From Candidatus Pacebacteria bacterium UBA6180 (GTDB taxonomy: Bacteria; Patescibacteriota; Microgenomatia; UBA1400; PJMF01): 64,000 nucleotides of DNA. Position 1 is the stretch's first letter. Every line of letters starts with the position of its first letter. The stretch covers positions 7,919 to 71,918 of the forward strand of contig DITQ01000001.1 of assembly GCA_002422165.1 (NCBI GenBank), given 5' to 3'. The notes beneath the pieces were generated by a model. That model saw nothing but the letters and a program-made list of their open reading frames with translations. It was not told where the DNA came from and did no database searches. The position numbers and the translations under genes are program-made. Below, one piece after another: positions 55,598 through 64,000 of the stretch.

Positions 55598-56410
55598 ATG
55601 TTTTCAAAGATTTTTTACACTCTCATTTTCTTTTTTGTTGTGACTAGTCCTTTGGTAGCTCAGAGTTTCAGCTACCGTTTTACTTTGCCAGATAATACGA
55701 TCAATTTTCACTTTACTGCGCTGGAATTGCCTACGCCAGCAACTCCAGTCCCTCCCCCCAACCCAACTGAAACGGCATTACCAACTCCTGCAGCGTCAGC
55801 GGCTGCTCTGGTTTTGACTTATCAGCTGACGAGCGCAGTAGCGCTGCCGCCAGATCTACCACTAGTGGTAGCGGTTTACGATGAGCGAGTTTTGCTAACG
55901 GTGGATTCTCTACGGGTCAATTTGCCTCCAGAGCAAGTGACTTTTGATCTTGCTGGCTTAGATTTAGCCAAGCGTCAGGCTTTGCCAGTTTTTTATCAGA
56001 ATAGAAATCTTGGGAATTTTCACTTCCGGGTGATCGATTTGCAGTGGCTGACTGCTTTGCCGCAGGTCCAAGCAGGTGAAGTTGCGCTGAATGATCTGCT
56101 GGTTTTGCGGGAAAAGGATCAAACTTTGACCGTTTTGATAAAAGTTGCAGGAGATAGCAATTGGCAGAACTCTTATCGTTTAGTGTGTTTGGATGATCGG
56201 GGGATTGAAACTTATTCTGCAGCTATAGTTCGTAGCGATCATTTTTTGTGGCCAGGATTATTATTTGATCGGTTTAGCCCCAATCACCGCGGAGAGCTGA
56301 TTTTCAAGCTTGCCTCTTTTGCTTGTCACAACCAAGTTTATGCGGTTGATTCCTTAGGCAACAGCTCTAGCGCAGTTAGTATTATCGAGATGGAGGATTT
56401 GCAAATATGA
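55598..56410 (+). CDS. Secreted hypothetical protein
   Basis: Signal peptide, Pro/Thr-rich linker. Confidence 0.6.
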   Translation: MFSKIFYTLIFFFVVTSPLVAQSFSYRFTLPDNTINFHFTALELPTPATPVPPPNPTETALPTPAASAAALVLTYQLTSAVALPPDLPLVVAVYDERVLLTVDSLRVNLPPEQVTFDLAGLDLAKRQALPVFYQNRNLGNFHFRVIDLQWLTALPQVQAGEVALNDLLVLREKDQTLTVLIKVAGDSNWQNSYRLVCLDDRGIETYSAAIVRSDHFLWPGLLFDRFSPNHRGELIFKLASFACHNQVYAVDSLGNSSSAVSIIEMEDLQI

Positions 56411-57000
56411 ATAAAATTATCATCGAGTGTTTCTTCAGGGAAGAACCTGCTTGTCAGGTCACTTCTTCCCTGTCAGCGATCCAGATCAATCATCCGCTTG
56501 AGCGCAATTTCCAGATCCAGTTAGTCAATTTGAGCCAGAGAGATTGCGATTTGTCTTTTCAGGCAAATGGTGAGCTTGGTAAGTTGATTGATCGTGAGTT
56601 GTCCCTTACCTTATCCTATGCTGACAAGGTGATTTTTCGTGGTCAGTTTACTGCTCTTTTAGACCAGTCTCAAGCCTTGGGGCTTTTGGCAGCAGAACAG
56701 ACATCTGACCTATGGTTTGATTTTGATTTATTACCCCTTCTGAATTTGGGTGCACCAGTCCAGTTTAATTTTGCTTTACTGTTTGATTTTGCCTGCACTA
56801 GTGTGCCATCACCTGACCGCTCTCCTAGTCAAGCAGCCAACTCGGCGGTCTTGGCAGTTAGTCAGGCGCCGCTGCCTCTAGAGTCAGCGGCGCCACCTGA
56901 CTTCACCTGGTTTTTTTATTTATTGTCTGGCTTGTTTGTGCTTGGTTTTTTTGTCATAATCAAATTCGTTCATGGCAAAAAGAAAAAGAAAAGCAATTAG
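56407..57000 (+). CDS. Hypothetical protein with C-terminal TM and Lys tail
   Basis: Start overlaps the upstream stop; TM followed by KKKKK. Confidence 0.6.
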   Translation: MNKIIIECFFREEPACQVTSSLSAIQINHPLERNFQIQLVNLSQRDCDLSFQANGELGKLIDRELSLTLSYADKVIFRGQFTALLDQSQALGLLAAEQTSDLWFDFDLLPLLNLGAPVQFNFALLFDFACTSVPSPDRSPSQAANSAVLAVSQAPLPLESAAPPDFTWFFYLLSGLFVLGFFVIIKFVHGKKKKKSN

Positions 57001-57886
57001 CTTCTGGTCTCGTCTCGACTATTTATTCAAGCCACAGGCCGCCAATAAATATCGATCACAACTCTTGCATCCTCAGTCGTTATTAACGGTTTCACTTCTA
57101 GTGGTGGCTGCATTCGCCTTATTCAACGCAGTGCGCTTTTTCCCAACTTTAGCGGACCGAGTTTTGGGTTTTAGTTCCAACATCGACGTCAACAGTCTAC
57201 TAACTCAAGTTAACCAAGAGCGCGAGCAAATGGGTCTCAAGCAGTTAGTTCTCAGTGAGCAGCTCAATCAAGCTGCCCTCGCCAAGGCTCAAGACATGTT
57301 TAATGATCAGTATTGGGCGCACGTCGCTCCAGATGGCAAACAGGCTTGGGATTTTATCAAAGAAACTAATTACAGTTATCGTTTTGCTGGTGAAAACTTA
57401 GCTCGTGATTTCGACAACAGTTCTGAAGTGGTGCGAGCCTGGATGGCTTCACCTTCGCATCGTGAAAATATCGCCAATCCAGACTTTGCCCACATGGGTC
57501 TAGCGGTGGTCAACGGCAACCTCAAGGGTTTTAACACCACGCTGGTTGTGCAGTTGTTTGCGGTGCCGGCAGCGACGACCGCTCGCTCAGCCACTGGTCA
57601 AGCTTTCAACCTTCCCAAAGCGGCTGAGCCTAATTTCAAAGAAGGTGGTTTGGTTGCTGGTGAACAGAAACAAAGCAGCGAACTGGTGTTTTCACCGCTC
57701 AATGTCACTCGTGCCTTTTTCCTGATGGTGGTGCTCCTGATCGTTTTGACTTTGGCCTATGATTCTCTGGTAGCTACTAACCGCAAGTATGGCCGTTTGG
57801 CTGGAGAAAATGCTGCTCACATAGCAGTTTTCATCACTATCGCTTTTCTGCTGGTTTTATTCAAGGGAGGAGCAGTCTTGCCATGA
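56972..57886 (+). CDS. CAP/SCP domain membrane protein
   Basis: KAQDM...YWAH, AGENLA, WMASPSHRENI. Confidence 0.92.
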   Translation: MAKRKRKAISFWSRLDYLFKPQAANKYRSQLLHPQSLLTVSLLVVAAFALFNAVRFFPTLADRVLGFSSNIDVNSLLTQVNQEREQMGLKQLVLSEQLNQAALAKAQDMFNDQYWAHVAPDGKQAWDFIKETNYSYRFAGENLARDFDNSSEVVRAWMASPSHRENIANPDFAHMGLAVVNGNLKGFNTTLVVQLFAVPAATTARSATGQAFNLPKAAEPNFKEGGLVAGEQKQSSELVFSPLNVTRAFFLMVVLLIVLTLAYDSLVATNRKYGRLAGENAAHIAVFITIAFLLVLFKGGAVLP

Positions 57887-58140
57887 AAAGCTTCCTCAAG
57901 AAAAACCGTACTGCCTACTTGCTGTTATTATTAATTTTAACTGCTTTCACTGTTTTGTTTTTGCGAGCTTGGCCCGACCGTGAGCTGCAGCGCCAAATTG
58001 CTATTGGTTTTGGAGTTAGTTATTTCTCCTGGGGAGTCCTAACTCATCTCAAAACCAAGCGTATTAATAGTGAAATTATTTTCGAGTACTTAGCGATTGC
58101 TTTATTGGCTGTCTTGCTAATTGTCTTGATCACGCTATAA
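57883..58140 (+). CDS. Small 3-TM membrane protein
   Basis: YFSWGVLTH...EY; translationally coupled to the CAP gene. Confidence 0.7.
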   Translation: MKSFLKKNRTAYLLLLLILTAFTVLFLRAWPDRELQRQIAIGFGVSYFSWGVLTHLKTKRINSEIIFEYLAIALLAVLLIVLITL

Positions 58141-58178
58141 CTTGCTTTTAAAAAAGACTCGTGTTAACTTCTACTAAT

Positions 58179-58913
58179 ATGGCAAACAAAACAATGAAGG
58201 GCATTATTTTGGCTGGTGGATCAGGAACTCGTCTCCATCCCTTGACCAGAGTGACCAGTAAGCAACTGTTGCCAATTTACAATAAACCGATGATTCACTA
58301 TCCTCTCGAGACTTTGATCAAGTCTGGTATTAGAGATATTTTGATTATTGTTGCTCCAGATCATGCTGGGGATTTTCTCAAATGTTTGGGAAGTGGTAAG
58401 GAATATGGTTGCCATTTCACCTACGAAATTCAAGACAAGCCTGAAGGACTTGCCCAAGCTTTTGTAATTGGCCAGGATTTTATTGACAATGACAACGTGA
58501 CTTTAATTTTGGGCGACAATCTTTTTGAAGATGATTTTTCAGAAGCCATTCGCAATTTCAAGAGTGGTGGACGAATCTTTGCCAAGCAGGTGCCTGACCC
58601 TCAACGCTTCGGAGTGGTAGAGTTCGACGAGCATAAGAAGGCTATTTCCATCGAGGAAAAGCCAAAAAACCCCAAATCAGACTATTCAGTCACTGGTCTC
58701 TACATTTACGACTCGACAGTGGTTGATAAAGTCAAAAACTTAGCTTTTTCAGATCGCGGTGAACTAGAAATTACTGATCTCAATAACCTCTATCTTCGTG
58801 AAGGCAAGCTTGATGTAGCCTTTGTCGAAGGAAAGTGGTTTGACACGGGAACTTTTGAATCGATGTATGAGGCCACTTCCTTTGCTCGCGATCGCCATTT
58901 AGCCAAAAGCTAG
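58179..58913 (+). CDS. rmlA: Glucose-1-phosphate thymidylyltransferase (short form)
   Basis: GIILAGGSGTRLHPLT, SKQLLP, GLAQAF, SDRGELEITD, WFDTGT. Confidence 0.93.
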   Translation: MANKTMKGIILAGGSGTRLHPLTRVTSKQLLPIYNKPMIHYPLETLIKSGIRDILIIVAPDHAGDFLKCLGSGKEYGCHFTYEIQDKPEGLAQAFVIGQDFIDNDNVTLILGDNLFEDDFSEAIRNFKSGGRIFAKQVPDPQRFGVVEFDEHKKAISIEEKPKNPKSDYSVTGLYIYDSTVVDKVKNLAFSDRGELEITDLNNLYLREGKLDVAFVEGKWFDTGTFESMYEATSFARDRHLAKS

Positions 58914-58971
58914 TCAATCATTCTTTAATCATCTTGTTTCACAGGAAGTCTACTTGTTGTAGAATATTTTT

Positions 58972-59805
58972 ATGGTTGTTGCTTTGTTGTTTCTTTTTCT
59001 ATTTTCTTTTTCGGTGCATGCTCAGGAGGCAGCTCCCGTTTCTTCTGAGGCTGTTTTACTAAAAACAGATTTAATCTGGGAAAGAGGTCGTTTGGATGAT
59101 GAAATTGCCACGGTCAAAAGCACTTACCAATCTCAACTAGAGAATTATCTCTATCATGACAAGCTTTATCGCATTGCCTACGATCAAAACAAACAGCTCA
59201 ACACTTTGGTTTCCATAGAAGACGTCACTCAGAAAGGCAAGGCTTTAGGGATTTATAGAGACGAGGTTTTGATGACTTATTTCGAATTGTTGCGCTTGGA
59301 GCTGATCTCCACAGAAGGAGTTGAACTAAGTCTCAAGGAAAGATATATAGCTCGTTTGGAAGCAACAATTGTTTATTTAAGAGATCATCAGGAACAGCTC
59401 AAGACTCTTAATGACCGAGATCAGGTCGCTTCTTCATTGGCGACTTTCACTGCTGATCAGGGGGGCGTTGCTAATTTATCCAACGAAATTTTGGTCCTTT
59501 TGACAGTTGGCAACTTGCAAGCAATTTATGATAAGTCTTTTGTGCTCAAGCGAGACATTGATAAATTTTTGGAGCAAAATGGCACTTTAAGTTTGCCAGA
59601 AATTGATCGAGCTAGTTTTGAAACTAGTCGCAGCTTAGATTCCGCCAAACTTAAACTTGATGATTTTTGGGTGGAGACGATTAAGCGTGGTCAGGGCAAT
59701 TGGTACTTAGCCAAAATCTACGATGATTTGCCAAGAACCATGAACCCTATTTATGTTAATTTATCGCAGTCGATTTCTTATCTAAACGAACTATTAAGTC
59801 TTTGA
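58972..59805 (+). CDS. Exported helical hypothetical protein
   Basis: Signal peptide ending VHA; coiled-coil-like composition. Confidence 0.65.
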   Translation: MVVALLFLFLFSFSVHAQEAAPVSSEAVLLKTDLIWERGRLDDEIATVKSTYQSQLENYLYHDKLYRIAYDQNKQLNTLVSIEDVTQKGKALGIYRDEVLMTYFELLRLELISTEGVELSLKERYIARLEATIVYLRDHQEQLKTLNDRDQVASSLATFTADQGGVANLSNEILVLLTVGNLQAIYDKSFVLKRDIDKFLEQNGTLSLPEIDRASFETSRSLDSAKLKLDDFWVETIKRGQGNWYLAKIYDDLPRTMNPIYVNLSQSISYLNELLSL

Positions 59806-59806
59806 A

Positions 59807-60175
59807 ATGATTTTTATGACCAGTCGCAATGAAAACAGCCAAGTCAACCAAACCGAGTTTGTCGACCAAGCTCCATTTTTGGACGGTCACCCACGTGAGT
59901 CTTTTAGTTGGCGAGATTTGCGAAACAACAAAAACCTTCGCCCCTTTTATATTTTAATTGGTCTTTTTGTTTTGCTAGTTTTTTTGTTTATGTTGCGGTC
60001 TATTTTTAATGTTCAGCCTGTGTTGGAACCAGAGCCAAAACAAGTGGAAGAGATGGTTGAACTAGGACCTCTCAATAAGCGCGTTTATGATTTACGCGAA
60101 GAACTAAAAAAGCACAATCCTACCAAACAGCGCCTGCCCTTTCCTCAGGTTGATTTGAAATTCAATATCAATTAG
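59807..60175 (+). CDS. Single-TM hypothetical protein
   Basis: Central TM; co-oriented in operon. Confidence 0.6.
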   Translation: MIFMTSRNENSQVNQTEFVDQAPFLDGHPRESFSWRDLRNNKNLRPFYILIGLFVLLVFLFMLRSIFNVQPVLEPEPKQVEEMVELGPLNKRVYDLREELKKHNPTKQRLPFPQVDLKFNIN

Positions 60176-60184
60176 AATGACCCC

Positions 60185-60739
60185 ATGCCAATTCACCAAG
60201 CCAATTATTTAGAAAAATTCATCAAAGCTCTGGATTTTGCTGCAAATAGCTTCGCTAGTTTGCGTACGGGTAAAGCGAGCGCGCAATTGCTTGATGGAGT
60301 TTTCGTCGAAGCTTATGGCTCCAAAATGGCGCTTCATGAAGTGGCTTCGATTTCTACTCCAGACACCCAGCTTTTGATCGTTAAGCCTTGGGATAAAAGT
60401 TTGTTGTCAGCAATTGAAAAAGCTATTCAGTTGGAGCAGCTCAACCTCAATCCGATTGTGGACGGAGATATTATACGTCTAGCAGTTCCTCCTTTGACTA
60501 AAGAGCGTCGTCAAGAAATGGTTAAATCACTCCATCAAAAAGCAGAAGAGGTTAAGGTCAATTTGCGAAATATTCGTTCTGACTTGCGTCGCGACATTGA
60601 TAAGCAAGATGGCATGCCAAACGTTAGCGAAGATGACATCAAGGCAGAGGTGGCAGAATTGGATGAAACAGTGAAGGAATACATGGTTAAGCTTGAAGAG
60701 ATGGTCAAACAAAAAGAACAAGAACTCCTGAATATCTAA
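60185..60739 (+). CDS. frr: Ribosome recycling factor
   Basis: LRTGKAS, VEAYG, PWDK, PPLTKERR, RNIR. Confidence 0.96.
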   Translation: MPIHQANYLEKFIKALDFAANSFASLRTGKASAQLLDGVFVEAYGSKMALHEVASISTPDTQLLIVKPWDKSLLSAIEKAIQLEQLNLNPIVDGDIIRLAVPPLTKERRQEMVKSLHQKAEEVKVNLRNIRSDLRRDIDKQDGMPNVSEDDIKAEVAELDETVKEYMVKLEEMVKQKEQELLNI

Positions 60740-60742
60740 ATT

Positions 60743-61849
60743 ATGGAAGCGCTCATTTTTATTATTGTTTTGTCTGTTTTGGTGATTATTCACGAAGCTG
60801 GCCATTTTTTGGCGGCTAGAAGAAATAAAATCAAGGTTAAGGAGTTTGGCTTGGGTTATCCGCCTAGAGCTCGTCAGTTGTTCAGTTGGCGAGGGACGAT
60901 TTTTTCGCTCAACTGGATTCCTTTTGGTGGTTTCGTCCAGATGGAAGGTGAGAATGGTCCAGAAGAAAAAGATTCAGCTGATTCTTTTTATAATAAATCT
61001 ATTCGTGCTCGTCTGGAGGTTCTTTTAGCTGGAGTATTTTTCAATTTTGTCTTTGGTATTGTCGCTTTTGCGGTGGTTTTTTATCAGTTGGGAGTACCCA
61101 TATTGCTTTCTGGTCAGGCTCGCATCCAGGAAGTTTTGGCTGATTCACCAGCAGCAGCTGCTGGACTAGAAGCAAACACCAATATTTTAGCCTTCCAAGT
61201 CAATGGTGAATGGATTGAGACTAAAGAAATTAGTCAAATTCAGAATTTAGTGAGTGCTAATTTAGGAGAGACAGTTTTGGTCAGAACTTCACTGCCCTGT
61301 GATCAAGAAAAATGCCCAGTAGAATTTGCAGATTATTCTATATATTTGCGCAATAGTGAAGAAATCCCCTCTGATCAGGGTGCGATGGGAATTGTTTTTA
61401 GTGAAATGATTTTCAAAAACTATCCTTGGTACCAGATGCCTTTCGCCACCATTTCACAGGCTTTTAAACAATCTTTCGCCTTGTCAGCGATGATTTTGCA
61501 AGCTCTCTGGCAGATGATAATTGATTTGAGTGCGGGACGTGGATTACAGCAAGAAATTGCCGGACCAATCGGAATTGTTGATCAAGCCGCCACTTATGGG
61601 TTTTTCGATGGCGGTTGGTTAAGCATCCTCAATTTTGCAGCTCTTTTGTCTATCAATCTGGGCATCATCAATCTCTTGCCAATTCCAGCTTTGGATGGTG
61701 GCAGAGCAGTATTAGTGATCATGGAGAAATTCATCAAACGCAAATATCTTGACAAAGTAGCTAACTATCTTAACTATTTTGGTTATCTGTCTTTACTGGC
61801 GTTGATGGTTTTGGTATCCTTCAACGATATCAAGAATCTTTTTAAATAA
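60743..61849 (+). CDS. rseP: Site-2 protease RseP (M50)
   Basis: HEAGH, PFGGFV, PDZ-like SPAAAAGL, NLLPIPALDGGR. Confidence 0.95.
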   Translation: MEALIFIIVLSVLVIIHEAGHFLAARRNKIKVKEFGLGYPPRARQLFSWRGTIFSLNWIPFGGFVQMEGENGPEEKDSADSFYNKSIRARLEVLLAGVFFNFVFGIVAFAVVFYQLGVPILLSGQARIQEVLADSPAAAAGLEANTNILAFQVNGEWIETKEISQIQNLVSANLGETVLVRTSLPCDQEKCPVEFADYSIYLRNSEEIPSDQGAMGIVFSEMIFKNYPWYQMPFATISQAFKQSFALSAMILQALWQMIIDLSAGRGLQQEIAGPIGIVDQAATYGFFDGGWLSILNFAALLSINLGIINLLPIPALDGGRAVLVIMEKFIKRKYLDKVANYLNYFGYLSLLALMVLVSFNDIKNLFK

Positions 61850-61854
61850 ATCGT

Positions 61855-62103
61855 ATGGCAAAAAGAAGAACCAAGAAGGAGCGTTTGCGGGCCAAAGTTA
61901 ATCGCAATAGTGCTCAAAAAAGCCAGCCGCAGGTCAAAACCGAATTAAAACTTGAGCCCAAAAAGGATCTTCCAAAGGTTTCTCCAACAATTAGCTTTTT
62001 TTCTCAAGATCCAAGCTTGATAAAAAAAGACCTCCAGAAGACTTTATTAGTCACACTGTTGGTTTTACTGGTTTTGTTCACTGTATCTTTATTATATACT
62101 TGA
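61855..62103 (+). CDS. Small basic protein with C-terminal TM
   Basis: MAKRRTKKE..., IKKDLQKTL followed by TM. Confidence 0.65.
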   Translation: MAKRRTKKERLRAKVNRNSAQKSQPQVKTELKLEPKKDLPKVSPTISFFSQDPSLIKKDLQKTLLVTLLVLLVLFTVSLLYT

Positions 62104-62133
62104 GACTTGCGTTACACCTAAGAAAGGATATTA

Positions 62134-63330
62134 ATGCCGAAAAAAAATCTTATTATTGCCCTCGCTTTGTATGTGGTCAGCACTGGTTTATCTTTCACTG
62201 CTTTTTCTGTTTTTGCTAAAAACGCTCCAGCTAATCAGGTTACCAATCCAGATCAGGATTCAACTACTACCTTGCTAAGTAGTTTGTTGGATATTGATCC
62301 CAACGAGCCTCGCGACCAAGCTTGTCCGCTAAATGGTGCTTATTACACTATGACCGAGCGCAATGCCTGGGAACAGCGTCGCCCAATTTTTATCATGATT
62401 GAAAATTCTCCTGATGCTCGTCCGCACTCTGGTTTGAGTCGAGCAGACATGGTTTTTGAGGCAGTGGCTGAAGGGGGAGTGACTCGTTTTGGTGTTTTGT
62501 ATTATTGTGCCGCTCAATACAGCGATGTGACCTTAGCTCCAGTGCGAAGCGCTAGAACTTACTTCGTTGATTGGGCTTCTGGGTTTAATTTGCCTCTCTA
62601 TACTCATGTGGGTGGTGCCAATGTCCCCGGACCAACCGATGCCCTTGGTCAAATCCGTGAATACGGTTGGGAAGGTAAAAATAACATCAATCAATTTTCG
62701 GTCGGTTATCCGACTTTTGTGCGCAACTATAACCGTGTCCCAGGCAAAGAAATTGCCACCGAACACACCATGGAAACTACCACTGAGGCGCTCTGGAAAG
62801 TGGCTGCTTCACGAGGTTGGACTGGTATAACTCCTCAGCGAGTTGTGGCGCGTCAGACTATTCCGGCGGCACCGTGGTCAGATGGCTACACTGGCTTGAC
62901 TTTTGAAGCTTCTGTGCCATCTATCTCGACTACTACTTCGAAAATCACTTATGATTTTTGGTCTGGCTATGGACAGTATTCGGTCGAGTGGAACTATGAT
63001 CAGGCCGCCGATGCTTATGAGCGTAAAAATGGCGGTGAAGCTGCCATCGACATTAACAACAATGAGCAAGTGGCCAGCAAGAATGTCGTGATTATGTTCA
63101 CTACCGAGAAAGGCCCCATCAATGAGAAAAAACACATGCTTTATGGCACTACTGGTCGTGGCAAAGCTCTGATTTTTAAGCACGGTCAGGCACCGATTGA
63201 GGCCAACTGGGTCAAAAAAGATCGTGAAGCTGAGTTGACTTTCGTCGACGTACGTGGCAATAATATCGAGTTTGCCAGAGGTCAAATTTGGATCTCAGTT
63301 TTGGCCAACGAATCGCCGGTTAAGTATTAA
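62134..63330 (+). CDS. DUF3048 domain protein
   Basis: MIEN..ARPHSGL..AD.VFE..AEGGVTRF, PVRSAR, GQIWI. Confidence 0.9.
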   Translation: MPKKNLIIALALYVVSTGLSFTAFSVFAKNAPANQVTNPDQDSTTTLLSSLLDIDPNEPRDQACPLNGAYYTMTERNAWEQRRPIFIMIENSPDARPHSGLSRADMVFEAVAEGGVTRFGVLYYCAAQYSDVTLAPVRSARTYFVDWASGFNLPLYTHVGGANVPGPTDALGQIREYGWEGKNNINQFSVGYPTFVRNYNRVPGKEIATEHTMETTTEALWKVAASRGWTGITPQRVVARQTIPAAPWSDGYTGLTFEASVPSISTTTSKITYDFWSGYGQYSVEWNYDQAADAYERKNGGEAAIDINNNEQVASKNVVIMFTTEKGPINEKKHMLYGTTGRGKALIFKHGQAPIEANWVKKDREAELTFVDVRGNNIEFARGQIWISVLANESPVKY

Positions 63331-63391
63331 GCGATTTTTTGATCAACTGCTGACAACTTGTGGGCTAAAGGGTTATAATCTTATATAGCTT

Positions 63392-64000
63392 ATGCATAAA
63401 ATTTTAACTTTTCTTTTTGCCTGCTTTTTACTTATTTTCTCCAGCCAGCTAGTTTTGGCTTCTACTACTAGCCTTGGCTCTGATGCTCACTGCGATAAAC
63501 CTTGGTTTTACAAGTTTGACTTCGATGGTCAAGCAGTTAGCATTGAACATTGTGGACGTACTGATAGTGGTTCCATGGACTACACCATTACTAGCGTGGG
63601 AGCTGGTGAGTTATTGGTTTACTATGAGGCAAGTAACGCCACCATTAGATTAAAAGTAAACGGTAAGAGTTATACGCAGTCAGTTTCAGGTAAGGGCGTT
63701 TGGCGATCTGGAGTGAAGGTGGCGGTTGGAGATAAGATTAGTCTTCTAGCAGACATGAAAGACACGCCTTTTTCTGGTTGGACTAGTCCAAAAGACCAGA
63801 TGTGCAATGGTTTTTTTGGCGCTGGGTCCTTAAATGTTTCTGGCTTGTATAGTGCTATTAATAATGACGGCAACAAATTGCTCTCGGCACAGTGCTGGGG
63901 AGATGGTTATGCACATGAGAAAATTCTCAAGGAAAATCGTAGTAAACCAAACGTAACCATTAGTTGCTCTGGTTCCGCCAAAGATTGCCGCGACACCCTA
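63392..64000 (+). CDS. Secreted protein, 3'-truncated by window edge (not in ORF track)
   Basis: MHKILTFLFACFLLIFSSQLVLA... open to the window end; TATAAT just upstream. Confidence 0.7.
   Translation, partial: MHKILTFLFACFLLIFSSQLVLASTTSLGSDAHCDKPWFYKFDFDGQAVSIEHCGRTDSGSMDYTITSVGAGELLVYYEASNATIRLKVNGKSYTQSVSGKGVWRSGVKVAVGDKISLLADMKDTPFSGWTSPKDQMCNGFFGAGSLNVSGLYSAINNDGNKLLSAQCWGDGYAHEKILKENRSKPNVTISCSGSAKDCRDTL

Overview
Chromosomal segment of a small-genome bacterium, most likely Patescibacteria/CPR (Microgenomates-like). This assignment is inferred from the missing rpmD/uL30, K/A-rich ribosomal protein extensions, GT-C glycosyltransferases and the type IV pilus genes. Genetic code 11. Contents in order: the distal spc and alpha ribosomal operons through rplM-rpsI; HU; an ArsR-led sufCBDSU-DUF1858-iscS-mnmA operon; purB-purA-GMP reductase/IMPDH plus a beta-carbonic-anhydrase-motif protein; two GT-C glycosyltransferases (one split by an in-frame TGA); a large surface protein; tRNA-Ser; a GGDEF protein; an ArsR-YHS copper efflux operon; a SAM-I riboswitch with metK; hsp20 with two CIRCE boxes; a malic enzyme remnant; a type IV pilus locus interrupted by an AT-rich CarS/CDP-alcohol phosphotransferase/hydrolase cassette; surface-protein genes; tRNA-Glu; rmlA, frr, rseP and DUF3048. 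Most notable: a two-copy covarying hairpin carrying a full sigma70 promoter, the archaeal-type lipid cassette, a shared ACATAT-N12-ATATGT operator on the Fe-S and copper operons, a SAM-I riboswitch with a 72-nt insertion, and widespread apparently leaderless genes. All calls come from reading motifs by eye; no database searches were run.
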